This document shows, one piece after another, positions 59,458 through 64,000 of a stretch of 64,000 bases of DNA. Every line of letters begins with the position of its first letter. The first letter of the stretch is position 1. Under the pieces are notes generated by a model. That model ran no database searches and was not told the DNA's origin. It saw only the letters and a list, made by a program, of their open reading frames with translations. Made by a program: the position numbers and the translations under genes. The stretch spans positions 144,697 to 208,696 of the forward strand of contig JBBCGM010000002.1 in NCBI GenBank assembly GCA_037201605.1. The letters run 5' to 3'. This DNA comes from Candidatus Moraniibacteriota bacterium. GTDB taxonomy: Bacteria; Patescibacteriota; Minisyncoccia; Moranbacterales; UBA1568.

Positions 59458-60719
59458 ACGGCAGATCCTGCAGGAGTAAATCCATCGGGGCAATTTGCAG
59501 CTACATCATCAAGGGCTTTGATAGTCACCGAGAAAGTTTGTGCTCCGTACAAAAGCGGTCTAAATAGCATTTTGAAGGCGGTGTGCGGAAGGGTTTTATA
59601 GCCAGTGCCGAGCGCAGGATTGCCAATATCCCAGCTTCCGTTTCTCCAAACATAGAACTTCGTGTCAGAAACCCCGATATCGAATGCAAAGCCTATGCTA
59701 TCACCATTATCCATAACGGGCGATATAGAGTCATACACATTGGCAATGTATAAATTACCGTAAGCAGCGATACCTGATGTTTCTTCCACATGTCCATACG
59801 AGTCGAAAGGTCCACTGATATCCCCTTCGTTATTGCCGTAATCAAGCGTGGCGACACCGAGCATAGAGGGACCTCCTGTCGTTATCGTGAGGCGCTCGAT
59901 TAAGAACTCTGTATAGATTTTACCACTCGTAAAGAGAGCATTGCTGCGTACCGAGACCGGAACGTCCGTCTCTGAGCACGTCGCTTTCTCATGGTGACTC
60001 CCCGTAATACTCATATTAGAAGACCAGCTTGAATAATCCATATTATTCCAGGCATATGTGATCCCAGGCGCGGCAATGGTGACCGTGAGAGTGTTTGACC
60101 AAGACGAATAGTCATTGATGTCTCCATAAAAACGACGGATCCTGGAGCGAATGTAATAAGGTGTATCAGGAGTTAAACCATCGTTGATCTCCCAATCTAT
60201 CGGCATTGGGCCGTCTCCACCCCACACAAGCTGCTGCTCTTCCTCGCGCAAATCACCACTATCAAAGGTGTTGACGGTATCAATCTGTGTCTGAATATAG
60301 TCAGCTTCTAAAACCGTATCATCGAACTCCAGATCCCACTCAGGAGGATCATCAGTACCACTTGTAAGCGTGAGGACTAAAGCATGAAGAGGCGGAAGTC
60401 CCTGAACCGCAACGCTCTCCGCCTCCCCTGACCCCTCTGCATTGGTTGCTGTTACCACGCAGGAGATCATGGCGTTGAAGTCATCCTCTGTCAGTACATA
60501 GGTATTCTCTGTCTCTCCGTCGATGTCTTCTCCGTCACGCTTCCACTGGTAGGTGTAGCTGGTAGGCGTGTTGGTCCAGGTGCCATTGGAGACGGAGAGG
60601 GTTTCTCCGACCAGAGGGGTGCCGGTGATGAGGGGGAGAGCGGTGTTTACGGGGAGTTCTCCCGAGGTGCTCTGAGCAGAGACGATGATGCCTCGAAAGG
60701 CCGGGAGGTTGAAAACCAT
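59454..60719 (-). CDS. Leaderless cassette partner P3 (MVFNLPAFRGI…; Ig-like, YYIR/WSN module, SPRY-like C-terminus), intact 421 aa
   Basis: TGTPLVGETLSVSNGTWTNTPTSYTYQWKRDGEDIDGETENTYVLTEDD is an Ig-like repeat signature. DSIGFAFD…KFYVWRNGSW…PDGFTP is SPRY-like. Confidence 0.7.
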   Translation of the reverse strand: MVFNLPAFRGIIVSAQSTSGELPVNTALPLITGTPLVGETLSVSNGTWTNTPTSYTYQWKRDGEDIDGETENTYVLTEDDFNAMISCVVTATNAEGSGEAESVAVQGLPPLHALVLTLTSGTDDPPEWDLEFDDTVLEADYIQTQIDTVNTFDSGDLREEEQQLVWGGDGPMPIDWEINDGLTPDTPYYIRSRIRRFYGDINDYSSWSNTLTVTIAAPGITYAWNNMDYSSWSSNMSITGSHHEKATCSETDVPVSVRSNALFTSGKIYTEFLIERLTITTGGPSMLGVATLDYGNNEGDISGPFDSYGHVEETSGIAAYGNLYIANVYDSISPVMDNGDSIGFAFDIGVSDTKFYVWRNGSWDIGNPALGTGYKTLPHTAFKMLFRPLLYGAQTFSVTIKALDDVAANCPDGFTPAGSAV

Positions 60720-60950
60720 ATAAAATAAAAGACGGAAAATTTGTCTTTATAATACTATATCAGACTCTTCTCTCTTGCCAGAGCTTATCCGGATCAACGG
60801 GAGAGAAATTGATGAGTCCTGCTAGCAAATTATGAGGAAAATAAGAAAAATAAAAAGGGCCATTACTAGCCCTTTCTTCTTACTATCCCTACATCTGCTA
60901 CAGAGCACCGGCGCAGATCGCAAGATCGAAAATACGGTGAGCGTCTTTAT

Positions 60951-61367
60951 TTATGCACCCATGTAGCCTGAGGCTACGTACTCAGCGGAGGTACCGCCAC
61001 TGTTGGTGCGCACGCGCAGCGTGATCTCGGCCCACTGTTTGGCTGTTTTGGTATAGCTATCGGCCTGACGCAGCGTCGCACCGCTCGCGGCAGACAGGGT
61101 CACTTGGCCCGCAGCGCACTGAGCGATGGCGCAGTTAAAGCCAATAGAAAAGTTATTCGGTAAGGTTACCGTACATCCGGAAGCATTGGTGAATTCCAAT
61201 ACTAAACCGGTATCGGTAGTGAGAAGCGTGTAGGTAGTGGCACTCACGGTTTTGACTGTAGCCGGGAAAAGGTTAAGACCATCCGCGTCATGGGAAACGG
61301 AAAGATACTCGTTTAAGACGGTGCCCCAAGCACCTCCATCACCGCCAACTGTCGGAAGTCGTGCCAT
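60951..61367 (-). CDS. Stand-alone MARLPTVGGDGGAWG N-domain protein (138 aa)
   Basis: Intact ORF, paralogous to the first ~135 aa of 48860..51898. Confidence 0.7.
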   Translation of the reverse strand: MARLPTVGGDGGAWGTVLNEYLSVSHDADGLNLFPATVKTVSATTYTLLTTDTGLVLEFTNASGCTVTLPNNFSIGFNCAIAQCAAGQVTLSAASGATLRQADSYTKTAKQWAEITLRVRTNSGGTSAEYVASGYMGA

Positions 61368-61385
61368 ATACTCCTATAAAATCAG

Positions 61386-61598
61386 TTATGCACCGTACGC
61401 CCCACCCCCAAAGCTCTCCTCCGAGCGGGAGCTCGTGCGACGCGTTTTTGGCTGGACCGGATCCGGACTGGAAAGCGTTTTCAGAAGCGCCGGTATGCCA
61501 GAAAGCGCCAACAAAACCAGCCCCAAATGAAGGAGGAATTCCTTACGAGTAAGCGGCTTCACTAAAAGCTGGGCAAAGAGAGGTTTTTGACGTGACAT
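61386..61598 (-). CDS. Small protein with a Tat-signal-like N-terminus
   Basis: MSRQKPLFAQLLVKPLTRKEFLLHLGLVLLALSGIPA… has T-R-K-E-F-L followed by a hydrophobic h-region. It starts 15 nt after the tatC stop. Confidence 0.4.
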   Translation of the reverse strand: MSRQKPLFAQLLVKPLTRKEFLLHLGLVLLALSGIPALLKTLSSPDPVQPKTRRTSSRSEESFGGGAYGA

Positions 61599-61613
61599 AG
61601 TGATTTTGTTTCT

Positions 61614-62444
61614 TTATTTCGAAGATACCACAAAAGCTGGAGTCGTAAAAGCGCCATGTGAAAAACGGAGGGGCTGCAAGCGCTTTTTGCGATTGACCCG
61701 CCAGACCAGGAAAACCGATACTTCGTACAGAAGAATGAGCGGCACAGCCAGTCCCAGCATATTGAGCATGTCCGGCGTCGGCGTAATAACTGCCGCGGCT
61801 ATGGCAGCAATAAGGACGACCCATTTCTGCTGCCGGCGTAGAGATCCGGGGGCAAAGGCCTGGAAATGATTGAGGATGAGCAAAAAAAGCGGCATCTGGA
61901 ACGTTACTCCGAAACCAACGAAATAGGCCAACATGAAGGATATATACTCATTGGTCATGATAAGCGAGCGCACCTCTTCAGTGGCAAAGCCATTCAAAAA
62001 GCCAATGGCCATGGGCAAAGAGATGAAGTAAGCAAAGGAAACACCGAGTCCCATAAGAAGCACCGACGAAAGAAGTGACAAGACCAAAAACGAACGTGAA
62101 CGCTTCGGCACCAAGGGTTCCAAGAAACGGATACATTGATAGATAAGGACTGGCAAAGAAAAGAGAAAGCCGGCAAGTAAGCAGACCTTGATCAAGAAGT
62201 CGAAGCCGCCGCCGGGAGAAGAGTAGAAAAGGCTCTGATTGAGCGGGCGCGTTAACGCCGCAATAATGGGTTCATGAAAAGAGTAGGCAAGAACCGTTCC
62301 CACACCAAAACTCAGCACATACCAGCCAAAGCGGTTGCGCAACTCTAAAAGATGTGCCAGAAAAGGCCGTCGCTTTTCAAAGCGGGTCGTTGGATGACGC
62401 ATAACGGAATCCAACGAATACGCAGGGAAAATCATCATATTCAC
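61614..62444 (-). CDS. tatC: Twin-arginine translocase subunit TatC
   Basis: Intact 276 aa, six TM helices, with HLLELRNR… and …AAVITPTPDMLNM. Confidence 0.85.
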   Translation of the reverse strand: MNMMIFPAYSLDSVMRHPTTRFEKRRPFLAHLLELRNRFGWYVLSFGVGTVLAYSFHEPIIAALTRPLNQSLFYSSPGGGFDFLIKVCLLAGFLFSLPVLIYQCIRFLEPLVPKRSRSFLVLSLLSSVLLMGLGVSFAYFISLPMAIGFLNGFATEEVRSLIMTNEYISFMLAYFVGFGVTFQMPLFLLILNHFQAFAPGSLRRQQKWVVLIAAIAAAVITPTPDMLNMLGLAVPLILLYEVSVFLVWRVNRKKRLQPLRFSHGAFTTPAFVVSSK

Positions 62445-62509
62445 CGTACCGACTTTTTATTTTTGACCAAAAACAGGAAAATGCAACTTACACCTAAACA
62501 AACCCGGAC

Positions 62510-62695
62510 TTACATTTTCTGATCAGGAGCGGAAGAGCGGGAATCTTGCGGAGCATCATCGTTACCAAAGCCCTTCTTGATTTCACGCATGCCCTGTCCA
62601 ATGCTACGAGCCAGTTCGGGCAATTTTTTGCCGCCGAAGAGCAAGAGCACGATAACCAATATGAGTATAAGTTCCTGAACACCAAGACCAAACAT
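62510..62695 (-). CDS. tatA: Twin-arginine translocase subunit TatA/E
   Basis: MFGLGVQELILILVIVLLLFGGKKLPELARSIGQGMREIKKG. Confidence 0.85.
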   Translation of the reverse strand: MFGLGVQELILILVIVLLLFGGKKLPELARSIGQGMREIKKGFGNDDAPQDSRSSAPDQKM

Positions 62696-62724
62696 TGCTT
62701 TTAGGTAAAGGTTTACTCTATAAT
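62695..62724 (+). promoter_or_regulatory. Candidate promoter for the Ig-like repeat gene
   Basis: TTGCTT (62695-62700), an 18-nt spacer, then TATAAT (62719-62724). AAGGAG lies just before the ATG at 62757. Confidence 0.4.
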
Positions 62725-62756
62725 TATACCGTAATCACTTCTAGAAGACAAGGAGA

Positions 62757-64000
62757 ATGTCCAGACACAGCTTGTTGCGAGGAAAGATTTCCGTTTTGTT
62801 CTTTTCTGGGCTTTTCTCAATCGCCCTTTTGTCTTGTTGGCCCTCTTTGGCTTCGGCCAACTATGGAGACGGTAACTACGGCGCCGGTACCTATGGTGAT
62901 ATCACGCCGCCCACGCTCGCCGAAGTGACACCCGTTCCTACTCCTGCCACTGATACCACTCCGAACTATACTTTCAGCTCAAGCGAGATTGGCACGATTG
63001 CCTACGGTGGGTCCTGTTCCTCGGCAACTACCTCTGCCACGGCCGGCAACAATACCATTACCTTCAACACCCTGGCCCTCGGAACATACACCAACTGTAC
63101 GATCACCGTAACCGATGCATCGGACAACGAAAGCGATACCCTGACCGTCACGGCATTTACGATATCGGCAAGCGATACCACCGCTCCGACACTTGCCCAG
63201 GTGACGCCTGTATCCACGCCCACTACCGATACCACTCCGAACTACACCTTTAGCTCAAATGAGCCGGGTACTATCCAGTACGGTGGGTCCTGTTCCTCGG
63301 CAACTACCTCTGCCACGGCCGGCAACAATACCATTACCTTCAACACCCTGGCCCTCGGAACATACACCAACTGTACGATCCGGGTTACGGATAGCTCGTC
63401 GAACCAAAGCTCTCCGCTTTCCGTCTCTTCTTTTACGATTGTCGCCGCTGACACAACCGCTCCGACGCTCGGAGAGGTAACTCCGGTCACTACGCCCACT
63501 ACCGATACGACACCGAGTTATACGTTCAGCTCAAACGAAGCCGGTACTATCCAATACGGCGGATCGTGTTCTTCGGGGACCACGAGCGCCAGTATCGGTA
63601 ACAATACCGTCACTTTTAACGCCCTCTCCGCAGGAACATACACCAACTGTACGATCCGGGTTACGGATAGCTCGTCGAACCAAAGCTCTCCGCTTTCCGT
63701 TTCTTCTTTTACGATCGTTGACGACGGTATCGGAGACGGGGGAGATGAAGAGGAAGATGAGGAGGAGGAAGCCATCGATTTTAGCCGCCCCAAGCTTGCC
63801 TGGCTCGATAAAATCTTCAAGCTCTATCACAACGCTTTCCCGCGCCTCAACAGTGAAGAATTCACCATCAAGGGTACGGACGAAGACCTGGCCGGCGGAC
63901 GCATCAACTTCACCCTTGGCGGACGCAAAGTAGGCCATGCCGACATCGAAGACAACGGTGACTGGAAGAAAAAGATTCACTCAACCAAGAGCGGCGAGCT
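62757..64000 (+). CDS. Secreted protein with three tandem 92-aa Ig-like repeats (3' partial; absent from the supplied ORF track)
   Basis: My own translation is open from ATG 62757 to the window end. It starts with a signal peptide (MSRHSLLRGKISVLFFSGLFSIALLSCWPSLASA), then 3 x [DTTAPTL..VTPV.TP.TDTTP.YTFSS.E.GTI.YGGSCSS.TTSA..GNNT.TFN.L..GTYTNCTI.VTD…], then an acidic linker. Confidence 0.8.
   Translation, partial: MSRHSLLRGKISVLFFSGLFSIALLSCWPSLASANYGDGNYGAGTYGDITPPTLAEVTPVPTPATDTTPNYTFSSSEIGTIAYGGSCSSATTSATAGNNTITFNTLALGTYTNCTITVTDASDNESDTLTVTAFTISASDTTAPTLAQVTPVSTPTTDTTPNYTFSSNEPGTIQYGGSCSSATTSATAGNNTITFNTLALGTYTNCTIRVTDSSSNQSSPLSVSSFTIVAADTTAPTLGEVTPVTTPTTDTTPSYTFSSNEAGTIQYGGSCSSGTTSASIGNNTVTFNALSAGTYTNCTIRVTDSSSNQSSPLSVSSFTIVDDGIGDGGDEEEDEEEEAIDFSRPKLAWLDKIFKLYHNAFPRLNSEEFTIKGTDEDLAGGRINFTLGGRKVGHADIEDNGDWKKKIHSTKSGE
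62898..63725 (+). repeat. 3 x 276-bp in-frame tandem repeat array
   Basis: The period is exactly 276 bp (units start at 62898, 63174 and 63450). 63003-63104 and 63279-63380 are 102/102 identical. R2 and R3 share a near-perfect block starting at 63357 and 63633. Confidence 0.9.

Noticed and set aside
48860-61367. Prophage interpretation of the fibre/DUF1996 cluster
   Set aside because: There are no terminase, portal, capsid, tape-measure, integrase or lysis genes. All genes are on one strand and contiguous with tatAC. It is better treated as a cellular surface-protein cluster with phage-like domains.
62898-63725. CRISPR array (regular repeats)
   Set aside because: The repeats are 276 bp, contiguous, in-frame and protein-coding, with no short repeat/spacer alternation. 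No CRISPR-like array was seen anywhere in the window.
63002-63820. Three similar minus-strand ORFs (63002..63235, 63242..63499, 63518..63820)
   Set aside because: They are antisense shadows of the 276-bp repeats in the + strand gene. That gene has a signal peptide, an RBS and an Ig-like repeat sequence.
1-64000. Alternative genetic code (e.g. UGA recoding) as an explanation for the broken ORFs
   Set aside because: TGA, TAA and TAG all terminate well-conserved genes at the expected positions (e.g. avd TGA, the P3 TGA overlapping the next ATG, cca TAG, tatA/tatC). The breaks are frame shifts, not in-frame stops, with the single exception of the RT TAG.

Overview
The window looks like a bacterial chromosome segment, possibly from a CPR/Patescibacteria-like organism; that assignment is inferred from gene content only.

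**Layout, left to right**
- 1-10.1 kb: a type-IV-secretion-like block (polytopic membrane protein, PrgI/VirB3-like, VirB4-like ATPase), a CPBP protease and a ~930-aa secreted protein.
- 10.2-15.0 kb: housekeeping genes (tRNA-Leu, tRNA-Pro, cca, infB, tRNA-Ser).
- 15.1-17.8 kb: a complete diversity-generating retroelement (DGR). It has a target gene with a variable repeat (VR), a template repeat (TR), an Avd-like gene and a DGR-type reverse transcriptase.
- ~16-30.1 kb: a visibly AT-richer accessory island. It carries a ~4.3-kb tail-fibre-like locus, LytR_C-like and GW-repeat surface proteins, and a decayed type I R-M methylase. It also carries a DpnI-like/AbrB-like gene pair and two copies of a 114-nt repeat.
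- 30.2-35.2 kb: a cluster of SDR, flavodoxin-like, VOC and cupin genes.
- 35.2-48.0 kb: uvrA, uvrB, a DEAD-box helicase, an ABC-F ATPase, a matrixin and others.
- 48.07-48.83 kb: six tRNA genes.
- 48.9-61.4 kb: a minus-strand cluster of large surface/fibre-like proteins.
- 61.4-62.7 kb: tatA, tatC and a small ORF.
- 62,757-64,000: an Ig-like-repeat protein that is missing from the supplied ORF track.

**Two strongest leads**
- The DGR. All 11 VR/TR substitutions fall on TR adenines, and avd is unusually on the opposite strand.
- The minus-strand surface cluster. It is three tandem two-gene cassettes, each a leaderless protein starting MV(L/F)NLPA(L/F)RGI followed by a signal-peptide DUF1996-like protein. 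The array is bracketed by two paralogous M(A/P)RLPT.G.DGGAWG N-domains and sits directly downstream of tatAC.

**Caveat**
Dozens of genes, including essential ones (infB, uvrA, uvrB, cca), carry 1-nt frame breaks. The breaks I inspected lie in homopolymers, so most apparent pseudogenes are probably consensus errors rather than biology.

All family calls come from reading motifs in the translations. No database search was run.
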